Shown here piece by piece: positions 1-8,600 of a DNA stretch of 24,000 bases (position 1 is its first letter; every line of letters begins with the position of its first letter). Made by a program: the position numbers and the translations under genes. The stretch comes from Pseudomonas knackmussii B13. GTDB lineage: Bacteria > Pseudomonadota > Gammaproteobacteria > Pseudomonadales > Pseudomonadaceae. Below the pieces are notes generated by a model. That model searched no databases. It had not been told where the DNA came from and was given only the letters and a program-made list of their open reading frames with translations. The stretch spans positions 514,295 through 538,294 of the forward strand of contig NZ_HG322950.1 in assembly GCF_000689415.1 (NCBI RefSeq). Direction: 5' to 3'.

Positions 1-993
1 AAGGGCGTGCTGTTCAAGCGCTTCGCCGGTGTCGACGTGTTCGACATCGAAGTCGACGCCGAGAGCCCGCAGGCCTTCATCGATACCGTCAAGCGCATCT
101 CCATCACCTTCGGCGGCATCAACCTGGAAGATATCAAGGCGCCGGAGTGCTTCGAGATCGAGCGCGCGCTGATCGAGCAGTGCGACATCCCGGTCTTCCA
201 CGATGACCAGCACGGCACCGCGATCGTCACCGCTGCCGGCATGCTCAACGCCCTGGAAATCGCCGGCAAGAACCTGGAGACCGCGAAGATCGTCTGCCTG
301 GGCGCCGGCGCTGCCGCCATCTCCTGCATGAAGCTGCTGGTGAGCATGGGTGCCAAGGTCGAGAACATCTACATGATCGACCGCCAGGGCGTGATCCACG
401 CCGGCCGTACCGACCTGAACCAGTACAAGGCGGTGTTCGCCACCGAGACCGACAAGCGCACCCTGGCTGACGCCCTGGAAGGCGCCGACGTGTTCGTCGG
501 CCTGTCCGGTGCCAACCTGCTGAGCGCCGACGATCTCAAGCGCATGGCGCCGAACCCGATCGTCTTCGCCTGCTCCAACCCGGATCCGGAGATCAAGCCG
601 GAGCTGGCCCACTCCACCCGCAGCGACGTGATCATGGCCACCGGTCGTTCGGACTACCCGAACCAGGTGAACAACGTGCTTGGCTTCCCCTTCATCTTCC
701 GCGGTGCCCTGGACGTGCGCGCCACCCGCATCAACGAAGAAATGAAGATCGCTGCCGCCCTGGCCCTGCGTGACCTGGCCAAGGAGCCGGTACCGAAGGA
801 CGTGTGCGATGCCTACGGCGTGACCTCGCTGGAGTTCGGCCGCGAGTACATCATTCCGAAGCCGATGGACAAGCGCCTGATCACCGTGGTTTCCGATGCC
901 GTGGCCAAGGCCGCCATCGAGACCGGCGTGGCGACTCTGCCCTACCCGAAACACTATCCGCTGCAATCGGTGGAAGACGTGTTCAAGGGCTGA
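1..993 (+). CDS. Malic enzyme (malate dehydrogenase, decarboxylating), short form without a phosphotransacetylase-like domain. It is 5'-truncated by the window edge.
   Basis: Frame 1 is open from base 1 (KGVLFKRFAGVD...), with the stop at 991-993. The translation carries typical malic-enzyme blocks (FHDDQHGTAIV, the Rossmann motif GAGAAA, FACSNPDPEI, NNVLGFPFIFRGALD). The protein ends right after the NAD(P) domain, so it is the ~420-aa class rather than the ~760-aa MaeB class. Confidence 0.93.
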   Translation, partial: KGVLFKRFAGVDVFDIEVDAESPQAFIDTVKRISITFGGINLEDIKAPECFEIERALIEQCDIPVFHDDQHGTAIVTAAGMLNALEIAGKNLETAKIVCLGAGAAAISCMKLLVSMGAKVENIYMIDRQGVIHAGRTDLNQYKAVFATETDKRTLADALEGADVFVGLSGANLLSADDLKRMAPNPIVFACSNPDPEIKPELAHSTRSDVIMATGRSDYPNQVNNVLGFPFIFRGALDVRATRINEEMKIAAALALRDLAKEPVPKDVCDAYGVTSLEFGREYIIPKPMDKRLITVVSDAVAKAAIETGVATLPYPKHYPLQSVEDVFKG

Positions 994-1010
994 TCCCGGC
1001 CTGCTGACGA

Positions 1011-1042
1011 AAAACCCCGCGCTTCGGCGGGGTTTTTCGTTT
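1011..1042 (+). terminator. Rho-independent terminator downstream of the malic enzyme gene
   Basis: AAAACCCCGC (1011-1020) / GCGGGGTTTT (1027-1036) form a perfect inverted repeat around the loop GCTTCG, followed by a T-rich tail. Confidence 0.85.
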
Positions 1043-1144
1043 CTGCGCCCGTGCAAGCGAGGGAGTCCGGGGGACTATGCTTTAGGAAGGCGCCGCGTTT
1101 CCTGAGGGTTCGACGCCGCATCGGCCTGACTGCGGAGGCGTGCC

Positions 1145-2494
1145 ATGTCCACGCTGATTCGCCATTGCGCTCTGTTCCTGCTGCTCTTGCTGGCGGGCGG
1201 AACCCTGGCGGCCCAGCCGGCAGTGGTGCTGACGGTGGACGGCGCCATAGGCCCGGCGACTTCCGACTATGTAGTGCGCGGCCTGCAGCGAGCGGCGGAT
1301 GAGGGCGCACCGGCGGTTATCCTGCGCATGGACACTCCGGGCGGTCTGGACACCTCGATGCGCGACATCGTGAAGGCGATCCTGGTCAGCCCGGTCGCGG
1401 TGATCGGCTACGTCGCCCCCGGCGGTGCGCGAGCGGCAAGTGCTGGCACCTACATCCTCTATGCCTGCCACATTGCGGCCATGGCGCCGGGGACCAACCT
1501 GGGCGCGGCCACGCCGATCAATATCGGCGGCATGCCTGGTGCGCCGCAGGAACCCGGCGACAAGCAGAAGAAAGCGGCGAGTGAGGAAGACACCCTCAAG
1601 CGCAAGCAGATCAACGATGCCTCGGCGTACATCCGTGGCCTGGCGCAACTGCGCGGACGCAATGCCGACTGGGCCGAGCGGGCGGTGCGCGAGGCGGTCA
1701 GCCTGTCTTCCGGCGAGGCGCTGAAACAGAAGGTCATCGACCTGCAGGCGGACGACCTGGGCGCGCTGCTACAGGCGGTGGATGGTCGCAAGGTGCAACT
1801 GGCCGGGCAAAGCGTGACGCTGCACAGCGCCGGCGTTGGCTGGGTCGAACGCAGCGCCGACTGGCGCACCCGCCTGCTGGCGGTGATCACCGATCCCAGC
1901 GTGGCGCTGATCCTGATGATGATCGGCGTCTACGGGCTGATCTTCGAATTCGCCAACCCTGGCCTGGCCCTGCCCGGCGTACTCGGCGGGATCTGCCTGT
2001 TGCTCGGCCTCTATGCCTTGCAGTTGCTGCCGGTGAATTTCGCGGGAGTGGCGCTGATCCTCCTCGGCCTGGCCTTCATGGCCGCCGAAGCCTTCCTGCC
2101 CAGCTACGGCAGCCTGGGTATCGGCGGTGTCGTGGCCTTCGTGATCGGCGGGCTGATCCTGCTCGACACCGATGCACCAGGCTTCGGCATCCCGCTCGGA
2201 CTGATCGTCGGCGTGGCCACGGTCAGTGCGCTGTTCATCTTCGGCATCCTCGGCGTGGCGCTGAAGAGCCGCCGGCGCCAGGTGGTCAGCGGCGCGGCGG
2301 GGCTGGTCGGCAGCCGGGCGATCATCGGCGAGGTGGCGGGTGACGACGCGCACGCCGGCTGGGTGCAGCTGCAAGGCGAGCAGTGGCAGGTGCGCTCGAC
2401 GCAGGCCCTGCATGCGGGCCAGCGGGTACGGGTACTGGCGCGCGACGGGCTGCGCCTGGATGTGGCGGCCGACGACGAAACCGGAGGTGACTGA
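1145..2494 (+). CDS. NfeD-family membrane-bound serine protease (long form: N-terminal ClpP-class protease domain, multi-TM region, C-terminal OB-fold NfeD domain)
   Basis: 449-aa ORF with GGAGG at 1134-1138, 6 nt before the ATG at 1145. It has an N-terminal signal/anchor, a ClpP-like block (LRMDTPGGL ... [11 protein letters not shown]), several hydrophobic helices in the middle, and the C-terminal [13 protein letters not shown]...[14 protein letters not shown] typical of the NfeD OB domain. It is directly coupled to an SPFH gene. Confidence 0.88.
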   Translation: MSTLIRHCALFLLLLLAGGTLAAQPAVVLTVDGAIGPATSDYVVRGLQRAADEGAPAVILRMDTPGGLDTSMRDIVKAILVSPVAVIGYVAPGGARAASAGTYILYACHIAAMAPGTNLGAATPINIGGMPGAPQEPGDKQKKAASEEDTLKRKQINDASAYIRGLAQLRGRNADWAERAVREAVSLSSGEALKQKVIDLQADDLGALLQAVDGRKVQLAGQSVTLHSAGVGWVERSADWRTRLLAVITDPSVALILMMIGVYGLIFEFANPGLALPGVLGGICLLLGLYALQLLPVNFAGVALILLGLAFMAAEAFLPSYGSLGIGGVVAFVIGGLILLDTDAPGFGIPLGLIVGVATVSALFIFGILGVALKSRRRQVVSGAAGLVGSRAIIGEVAGDDAHAGWVQLQGEQWQVRSTQALHAGQRVRVLARDGLRLDVAADDETGGD

Positions 2495-3261
2495 TGGGCA
2501 TTCCCTATGGGCTGCTGGTGGCGCTGTTCCTGGTGCTGATGCTGGCGTTCAGCTCGCTGCGCATCCTGCGCGAATACGAGCGTGCGGTCGTGTTCCAGCT
2601 CGGCCGCTTCTGGAAGGTCAAGGGTCCGGGGCTGGTGCTGCTGATCCCGGTGGTGCAGCAGATGGTCCGGGTGGACCTGCGCACCGTGGTGCTCGACGTG
2701 CCGCCGCAGGACGTGATCTCCCGCGACAACGTTTCGGTGAAGGTCAACGCGGTGGTGTACTTCCGCGTGCTCGATCCGCAGAAGGCGATCATCCAGGTCG
2801 AGAACTTCCTCGCCGCCACCAGCCAACTGGCGCAGACCACCCTGCGCGCGGTGCTCGGCAAACATGAACTGGACGAGATGCTGGCCGAGCGCGAGCGGCT
2901 GAACCTGGACATCCAGAAGGTGCTGGACGCGCAGACCGACGCCTGGGGCATCAAGGTGGCCAACGTCGAGATCAAGCACGTCGACCTCAACGAGTCGATG
3001 GTCCGCGCCATTGCCCGGCAGGCCGAGGCTGAGCGCGAGCGGCGGGCCAAGGTGATCCACGCCGAAGGCGAGCTGCAAGCGTCGGAGAAGCTGATGCAGG
3101 CCGCCGAGATGCTCTCCCGCCAGCCCGGCGCGATGCAGCTGCGCTATATGCAGACCCTGGGCAGCATCGCCGGCGACAAGAACTCCACCATCGTCTTCCC
3201 GATGCCCATCGAACTGCTCAAGGGGCTGCTGGAGCCGGGGAGCAGGCGCGGCGGCGAGTGA
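2494..3261 (+). CDS. SPFH/band-7 (stomatin/QmcA-like) membrane protein
   Basis: 255-aa ORF. The ATG at 2494 overlaps the NfeD stop (TGATG, 2492-2496), and GGAGG lies at 2483-2487. It has an N-terminal TM helix followed by SPFH blocks ([53 protein letters not shown]...LDE.L.ERE) and a C-terminal coiled-coil [16 protein letters not shown]. Confidence 0.92.
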   Translation: MGIPYGLLVALFLVLMLAFSSLRILREYERAVVFQLGRFWKVKGPGLVLLIPVVQQMVRVDLRTVVLDVPPQDVISRDNVSVKVNAVVYFRVLDPQKAIIQVENFLAATSQLAQTTLRAVLGKHELDEMLAERERLNLDIQKVLDAQTDAWGIKVANVEIKHVDLNESMVRAIARQAEAERERRAKVIHAEGELQASEKLMQAAEMLSRQPGAMQLRYMQTLGSIAGDKNSTIVFPMPIELLKGLLEPGSRRGGE

Positions 3262-3468
3262 GCCTGGCGGCGGCCGAGCGGGGGGCGGAAGCGCGCGCCC
3301 GTTCACACCTCGACTGCCGAAGATGGGCTCCAGTGCGCAGCAAACTCACCTACAATCACACGCTTTAGGGATCGCCAGACAGCGCCTGTTCCGATGCCCC
3401 CTGTCCATCAGGGGCCGCGTGCGCCCGGAGCGTTCCGTGTTCGCCCCGGTTGTGGCGGGGGTACCGGC

Positions 3469-4209
3469 ATGAGGAGAAGTATGCTGCTGCGCGTCCTGGG
3501 GTTCGTGCTGTGTCTGCCTTTGTTGGCGATGGCCGATGAGCCTTTGCGCCTGGTTTCCGACCGCTGGCCGCCCTATACCGATGCGAAGATGCCTGGCGGC
3601 GGGCTGGCGGTGCACCTGGTCAGCAGCGTGCTGACCCGCGCCGGCTACTCCATCGAATACAGCGAAGTGCCCTGGCCGCGCGCGCTCTATGGCGTGCAGA
3701 ACGGCGAGTACGACGTGCTGGTGGATGCCTGGTACAACACCGAGCGCGAGAAGTACGGCCACTACTCGCAGCCCTACCTGGTCAACAACCTGCGCCTGAT
3801 CAAGCGCAAGGGCGCACCCATCGCCTACGAGCGCCTTGCCGACCTCTATCCCTACCGTTTCGCCGTGGTCCGCGGCTACGCCTATTCGCCGGCCTTCAAC
3901 GACGACAAGCGCCTGCGCAAGGTGCCGGTGCTCAACTTCGCCAATGCCGCCATGATGGTCGCCGCCGGCCGCGTCGAACTGACCCTGGAAGACGAGCTGA
4001 CCGCGAGCTACCAGCTGGACCATGAGCTGCGCGATATCCGCGACAAGCTGGAGTTCGTCCCGCGGCCGCTGAGCGAGAACCCGCTGTACATCCTGGTCAG
4101 CCGCAAGAACCCGGACCACGCGAAGATAGTCGAAGACTTCAACCGCGAACTGGCGAAGATGCGCGCCGACGGCAGCTACGACGCCTTCATGAACGTCCAC
4201 CTGCCCTGA
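3469..4209 (+). CDS. Periplasmic solute-binding protein, family 3 (amino-acid ABC-type fold). It is an orphan, with no adjacent permease or ATPase gene.
   Basis: The ORF is open from 3394, but a Sec signal (MRRSMLLRVLGFVLCLPLLAMA/DEP) begins at ATG 3469. ATG 3481, preceded by GAGGAG at 3471-3476, is an alternative start. The mature part resembles SBP_bac_3 proteins (WPPY...GG..V.L, YD.L.DAWY, L.RV.L...DEL). The start codon is uncertain by 4 codons. Confidence 0.72.
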   Translation: MRRSMLLRVLGFVLCLPLLAMADEPLRLVSDRWPPYTDAKMPGGGLAVHLVSSVLTRAGYSIEYSEVPWPRALYGVQNGEYDVLVDAWYNTEREKYGHYSQPYLVNNLRLIKRKGAPIAYERLADLYPYRFAVVRGYAYSPAFNDDKRLRKVPVLNFANAAMMVAAGRVELTLEDELTASYQLDHELRDIRDKLEFVPRPLSENPLYILVSRKNPDHAKIVEDFNRELAKMRADGSYDAFMNVHLP

Positions 4210-4216
4210 GCAATCC

Positions 4217-6412
4217 TCAGGCGGCGTCTTCCTGCTCGCTGCCGATTTCCTTCTTCAGCAGATGCGCGGCCAGGCTGCGCAGCGGCGCCAGTTCGCGGCA
4301 GATCAGCCCCAGCTGGGTCTGCACCAGCCGCTGCGGGTCTTCCAGCTCGTCCGGCACCTGTTCCAGGCGCTTGGCCAGGGCTTCCTCGGCATCGCTGTGG
4401 ATCGCCACCGGGCGGCGTTCGGCGAGGCTGCTGGCGATGATCTCCAGGCTGGTGCCCAACTGTTCGGCGGCCTCGCTGATCAGTTCGTTGGCTGGCGACT
4501 CGGGCAGCCGATCGCGGTGCGCACCGAGGGCCGAGAGGTAGCTGAGCAGGGTGTGCGAGAGCACCAGGAAGCGGAAGCCGATCTCCGCGTCCTTCCGGAA
4601 ATGCCCCGGCTCCATGAGCATGTTCGACAGGGTCGTGGAGAGCGTCGCGTCGGCGTTGTGGGCATTGCGCCGCGCCGTGCGGTAGGCGAGGTCGTCGCGC
4701 TTGCCGTTGGCGTACTGCTGGAGAATTTCGCGCAGGTAGCGGCCGTTGCAGGCGAGGGTGTTGCCAACCAGGCTGTGCAGGCGCCGGCCCTGCCAGTCGG
4801 GCAGCACCAGGAACACCGCGAGGCCGGCGATGCAGGCGCCGACCAGGGTGTCGAACAGGCGCGGCAGGATCAGCCCGTAGCCGTTGCCGACCTGGTTGAA
4901 GCACAGCAGCACCATCAGCGTGATGGCTGCGGTGGCCAGGGTGTAGCGCGTGCTACGCGTGGCGAAGAAGACTACCCCGGCAACCACGGCGAGCAGCGAC
5001 TGCACCGGCGCGCCGGGGAACAGGTCGATCAGTGCCCAGCCGGCCACCAGGCCGATCAGGGTGCCGAGGATCCGCTGCACCAGGCGGATGCGCGTGGCGC
5101 CGTAGTTGGGCTGGCAGACGAACACCGTGGTCAGCAGGATCCAGTAACCCTGGGTCGGGTGGATCAGGTGCAGCACGGCGTAGCCGGCGGTCAGCGTCAG
5201 CCCGAGGCGCAGGGCATGGCGGAACAGCAGCGAGGTCGGCGTGAGTTGCAGGCGAATGCGCTCGAAGGCGTCGCGCAGCGAGCGCGGCGAGCGGTCCAGC
5301 AGGGTGCTGTCCTGTTCTTCGGCGAGGGCGTCGGGGTTGCTCGCGCCGCTGAGCTTCTGGTCCAGGCTGGCCAGGTTGCCGGCCAGCGCCGCGAGCGAGC
5401 GCAGCAGAGTGCGCCAGGCGGGGTTGCCCTGTTGGCGCAGGTATTCCAGCGACGCCTGGAGATCGGCCAGGGCCAGTTCGCTGTCGTTGTAGTCGAATGG
5501 CTGGCGCAGGCGGATGGCGCGTGACAGCGCCTGGCACGCCTTGCCCTGCTGGTTGAGCAGGCGCTGGCAACGGAACATCACGTCGCTGTGGAAGAAGGCT
5601 TCGGCCAGGCGGTTGTACGGATAGTGCGAGGAGCTGGCGCGCTCGTGGACGTCCTGGGCGATGAAATAGAGCTTCAGGTAGCGGCTCAGCTTCGGCCCCG
5701 GACGGCCGTGGCTGAGGCGCGCGAGAATGGTTTCCTTGGCCTGGTTCAGCGCCACCACGAGCTTGCCGTTCTGTCGCGCCAGGGCCAGCCGGCGGCCTTC
5801 GACATCGAGCTGGCGCAGCGGCTCGAAGAGGGTCGACTTGATCTTCAGGTATTCGCCCAGCTCGAAGTACAGCCGCGCCAGCATCTGCTGCACCGGCTGG
5901 TTGGCGAACAGCGCATTCCACAGCACCGAGAGCAGGCCGTACCAGGCGGCGCCACCGACCAGCAGCAGCGGCTCCCGCCACAGGTCACCCGGCGCGCCAC
6001 CACGCTGGTCGACGCCGATCATGGTGTAGATCGACAGGATCAGCGTGGCTGAAGCGATGGCTGCGTAGCGTTCGCCGAGCGCACCCAGCAGGGTCATGCC
6101 GAAGGCCGACAGCGCCAGCCCCGTGACGAACAGCCAGGGATAGGGGAAGAGCAGCTCCACCGCCAGCGAGGCGATCAGGAAGCAGACCAGAGTCACCAGC
6201 AGCGCCTGCAAGCGGCCCAGCCAATGATCGTCGGTTTCCGCCAGCGCGCTGGCGATGATGCCGAGGAACAGTGGGATGACCAGTGCGGTCTGGCCGAGCA
6301 GCCAACAAGCGCCCATGGCCCCGGCGAGGGCGATGAACACCCGCAGGCTGTAGGCGAACTTGTCCAGCGCCCAAAGGCGCCGCAGGGTTTCGAGCAGGGA
6401 GGAGGAGGGCAT
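4217..6412 (-). CDS. YccS/YhfK-family (FUSC-like) integral membrane protein
   Basis: 731-aa ORF with two blocks of hydrophobic helices separated by a long soluble linker. The N-terminus (LRRLWALDKFAYSLRVFIALAG...ETDDHW.GR) matches the YccS/YhfK architecture. No strong SD precedes the ATG at 6412. Confidence 0.85.
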   Translation of the reverse strand: MPSSSLLETLRRLWALDKFAYSLRVFIALAGAMGACWLLGQTALVIPLFLGIIASALAETDDHWLGRLQALLVTLVCFLIASLAVELLFPYPWLFVTGLALSAFGMTLLGALGERYAAIASATLILSIYTMIGVDQRGGAPGDLWREPLLLVGGAAWYGLLSVLWNALFANQPVQQMLARLYFELGEYLKIKSTLFEPLRQLDVEGRRLALARQNGKLVVALNQAKETILARLSHGRPGPKLSRYLKLYFIAQDVHERASSSHYPYNRLAEAFFHSDVMFRCQRLLNQQGKACQALSRAIRLRQPFDYNDSELALADLQASLEYLRQQGNPAWRTLLRSLAALAGNLASLDQKLSGASNPDALAEEQDSTLLDRSPRSLRDAFERIRLQLTPTSLLFRHALRLGLTLTAGYAVLHLIHPTQGYWILLTTVFVCQPNYGATRIRLVQRILGTLIGLVAGWALIDLFPGAPVQSLLAVVAGVVFFATRSTRYTLATAAITLMVLLCFNQVGNGYGLILPRLFDTLVGACIAGLAVFLVLPDWQGRRLHSLVGNTLACNGRYLREILQQYANGKRDDLAYRTARRNAHNADATLSTTLSNMLMEPGHFRKDAEIGFRFLVLSHTLLSYLSALGAHRDRLPESPANELISEAAEQLGTSLEIIASSLAERRPVAIHSDAEEALAKRLEQVPDELEDPQRLVQTQLGLICRELAPLRSLAAHLLKKEIGSEQEDAA

Positions 6413-6488
6413 GTGAGTCAGGGACGTCCGGGTGTCTCGGGGGTGAGACTAGCGGATCGCCTGGGGCGCGGCTATCGATGGGGGCTTA

Positions 6489-6558
6489 TGTAGGAGCGAG
6501 CTTGCTGGCGAACCTCCAGGCGCGTGGCTTGGGTTCGCGAGCAAGCTCTCTCCTACGA
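6489..6558. repeat. REP (repetitive extragenic palindrome) pair, arms facing inward
   Basis: GTAGGAGCGAGCTTGCTGGCGAAC (6490-6513) and its inverted copy GTTCGCGAGCAAGCTCTCTCCTAC (6533-6556) differ at 2 positions across a 19-nt spacer. The same core recurs at 18951-19016, and in degenerate form at 11277-11331. It lies between the dbpA stop and the yccS-like start. Confidence 0.85.
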
Positions 6559-6564
6559 CTGGGA

Positions 6565-7941
6565 TCAGAGGATGCGCACCTTGAACGAACGCCCCTTGAT
6601 CTTGCCTTGCTGCAGGCGCTGCAGGGCCGCCTTCGCCTGGTCGCGCTGCACGGCGACGTAGGCCTGGAAGTCGAAGATGGCGATCTTGCCCACCGCGCTG
6701 CCGGGCAACCCGGCGTCGCCGGTGAGGGCGCCGAGGATGTCGCCGGGGCGCAGCTTGTCCTTGCGGCCGCCGGCGATGTTCAGGGTGGTCATGGGCGGCA
6801 GCAGCGGTGCGGAATTGGCGCGCAGGAAGTCGATGCGCTCCCAGTTCAGCGGGGCGCCCTGCAACTCCTCGATGGCCTGGGCGCGCGAGGCCTCGGCCGG
6901 CGCCACCAGGGACAGCGCCAGGCCTTTCTCGCCGGCGCGGCCGCTACGGCCGATGCGATGCACGTGGACCTGCGGGTCGCGCGACAGCTCGACGTTGATC
7001 ACCGCTTCCAGCGCCTCGATATCCAGGCCGCGGGCGGCGACGTCGGTGGCTACCAGCACGCTGCAGCTGCGGTTGGCGAACATCGCCAGCACCTGGTCGC
7101 GCTCGCGCTGTTCGAGCTCGCCGTGCAGCGCCAGGGCGGAGATCTTCTGCGCTTCGAGTGCCGCGGCCAGTTCCTGGCATTGCTGGCGGGTGTGGCAGAA
7201 GGCGACTGCCGATTGCGGGCGGAAGTGCTGCAGCAGGCGCACCGTGGCATCCAGTCGCTGGCGCGGGTCGATCTCGAAGAAGTGCTGTTCGATCTGGCTG
7301 TGATCGTGCAGCGACTCGACCTCGACGCGTTCCGGTTTGTTGAGGAACTTCGCCGCCAACTGCTCGATCCCGTCCGGGTAGGTGGCCGAGAACAGCAGGC
7401 TCTGCCGGCGCGCCGGGAGCTGGCCGATGATGTCGGCGATGCTGTCGTAGAAGCCCATGTCGAGCATGCGGTCCGCTTCATCGAGGACCAGGGTGTTCAG
7501 GCCGTCGAGCTTCAGGGTGCCCTTGCGCAGGTGCTCCTGGATGCGTCCGGGCGTGCCGACCACCACATGCGCGCCGTGCTCCAGCGAGCCGATCTGCGGG
7601 CCGAAGGGCACGCCGCCGCAGAGCGTCAGCACCTTGATGTTGTCCGCGGCGCGGGCCAGTCGACGAATCTCCTTGGCCACCTGGTCGGCAAGCTCGCGGG
7701 TCGGGCACAGCACCAGCGCCTGGCAACCGAAGTAGCGCGGGTTGAGCGGGCTGAGCAGGCCGATGCCGAAGGCCGCGGTCTTACCGCTGCCGGTCTTGGC
7801 CTGGGCGATCAGGTCGCGCCCCTTGAGGATGATCGGCAGGCTGGCCGCCTGGATCGGCGTCATCTCGCGATAGCCCAGGGCATCGAGATTGGCCAGGAGA
7901 TCGGCGGAAAGCGGCAGGCTGGAGAAGGCGGTGGAGGTCAC
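6565..7941 (-). CDS. dbpA: ATP-dependent RNA helicase DbpA (DEAD-box, 23S rRNA hairpin-92-specific class)
   Basis: All DEAD-box motifs are present: the Q motif TPIQ, AKTGSGKT, PTRELA, the DEAD box as VLDEADRMLD, SAT, and HRIGRSGRAG. The C-terminal RRM-like DbpA domain is also present (...IFDFQAYVAV...GKIKGRSFKVRIL). The ORF is open to 8049, but alignment by eye with E. coli DbpA (MTAFSTL...) puts the start at GTG 7941 (VTSTAFSSLPL), giving 458 aa. The start is moderately uncertain. Confidence 0.9.
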   Translation of the reverse strand: MTSTAFSSLPLSADLLANLDALGYREMTPIQAASLPIILKGRDLIAQAKTGSGKTAAFGIGLLSPLNPRYFGCQALVLCPTRELADQVAKEIRRLARAADNIKVLTLCGGVPFGPQIGSLEHGAHVVVGTPGRIQEHLRKGTLKLDGLNTLVLDEADRMLDMGFYDSIADIIGQLPARRQSLLFSATYPDGIEQLAAKFLNKPERVEVESLHDHSQIEQHFFEIDPRQRLDATVRLLQHFRPQSAVAFCHTRQQCQELAAALEAQKISALALHGELEQRERDQVLAMFANRSCSVLVATDVAARGLDIEALEAVINVELSRDPQVHVHRIGRSGRAGEKGLALSLVAPAEASRAQAIEELQGAPLNWERIDFLRANSAPLLPPMTTLNIAGGRKDKLRPGDILGALTGDAGLPGSAVGKIAIFDFQAYVAVQRDQAKAALQRLQQGKIKGRSFKVRIL

Positions 7942-8198
7942 GTAAGAAAAACCCGACAGGCGTTTGGCCGCGCAGTGTAGCAGTCCTGCACTTTCGAAGA
8001 TGTCGCAGATGCGCCTCAAAGCCCCGTAAATACTGGGCTTGACGCCCATTCGTCAGAATTGCAAATGGGTCGAACTAGTGGATTTTTATACAGATTCGCT
8101 TTCCGATGCTTTTTGTCGTAGAGTGCCCGCACTGTGTTTGCATGGGTCGCCGTCGATCGTGACCTGATGCGGTCGGTTATTCCACCCCGTCCTGCTCG

Positions 8199-8270
8199 AC
8201 TCCTTGTAACTCCTTGCAACTCAGTTCCTCGCCACATTTGTGGCACTTCTACACCCATGTTCCAAGGAGA
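8199..8270 (+). promoter_or_regulatory. Cold-shock gene leader segment: tandem ACTCCTTGYA repeat (anti-SD), small hairpin, and the SD
   Basis: ACTCCTTGTA (8199-8208), ACTCCTTGCA (8209-8218) and a partial ACTC (8219-8222). Each full copy carries CTCCTTG, the exact reverse complement of CAAGGAG (8263-8269), which contains the SD. There is also a GCCAC-ATTT-GTGGC hairpin at 8231-8244. The transcription start is not mapped, so inclusion of this segment in the mRNA is inferred from the long leaders typical of csp genes. Confidence 0.45.
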
Positions 8271-8275
8271 ACAAA

Positions 8276-8488
8276 ATGTCGAATCGTCAGAACGGCACCG
8301 TCAAGTGGTTCAACGAGACCAAAGGCTACGGCTTCATCACCCCTGAGAGCGGCCCGGACGTCTTCGTTCACTTCCGCGCCATCGAAGGCCACGGCTTCAA
8401 GACCCTGGCCGAAGGCCAGAAAGTCAGCTTCGAAGTCGTGCAAGGCCAGAAAGGCATGCAGGCTGAGCGCGTACAAGTCATCGCCTAA
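8276..8488 (+). CDS. Cold-shock protein, CspA family (single cold-shock domain, 70 aa)
   Basis: [36 protein letters not shown]... contains the RNP1 (KGYGFI) and RNP2 (VFVHF) motifs. AAGGAGA at 8264-8270 lies 5 nt before the ATG at 8276. The GTG-initiated extension from 8240 in the ORF track is not supported. Confidence 0.96.
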   Translation: MSNRQNGTVKWFNETKGYGFITPESGPDVFVHFRAIEGHGFKTLAEGQKVSFEVVQGQKGMQAERVQVIA

Positions 8489-8508
8489 GCGCTGACCTGA
8501 CGTAGCCA

Positions 8509-8542
8509 AGAACCCCGGATGGAAACATCCGGGGTTTTTTGT
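8509..8542 (+). terminator. Rho-independent terminator of the csp gene
   Basis: Perfect 11-bp stem AACCCCGGATG (8511-8521) / CATCCGGGGTT (8526-8536), GAAA loop, then a T-run through 8540. Confidence 0.92.
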
Positions 8543-8600
8543 TGCCCCGAGATTCATTTCCGCCTGTACTGCGATATTCGCCCTCACTGGAGTTCCCGCG

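Noticed and set aside
3262-3468. Possible promoter (TACAAT at 3351-3356), weak hairpins (3283-3300, 3398-3414) or a small gene between the SPFH gene and the SBP gene
   Set aside because: There is no acceptable -35 element at 17-bp spacing. The hairpins are short and lack T-runs. The only ORF here is the unsupported upstream extension of the SBP gene (3394-3468), which would bury its signal peptide.
6489-6558. Possible CRISPR or mobile-element terminal repeats
   Set aside because: The repeats are inverted pairs of a 24-nt palindromic core, not regularly spaced direct repeats. There are no cas, transposase or integrase genes anywhere in the window. REP elements explain them.
6478-7980. 500-aa plus-strand ORF
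   Set aside because: It is antisense to dbpA, which has all the DEAD-box motifs on the minus strand, and it starts inside the REP element. It is a shadow ORF. The same reasoning applies to 2104-3306(-), 4262-5524(+), 4953-5981(-), 17052-18179(-), 19648-20706(+), 12168-13028(+) and 13491-14240(-).
7942-8049. 36-codon N-terminal extension of dbpA
   Set aside because: DbpA homologues start at about MT.AFS.L, and GTG 7941 gives that N-terminus. The extension has no counterpart in the family. It is not fully excluded, because no good SD precedes either candidate start.
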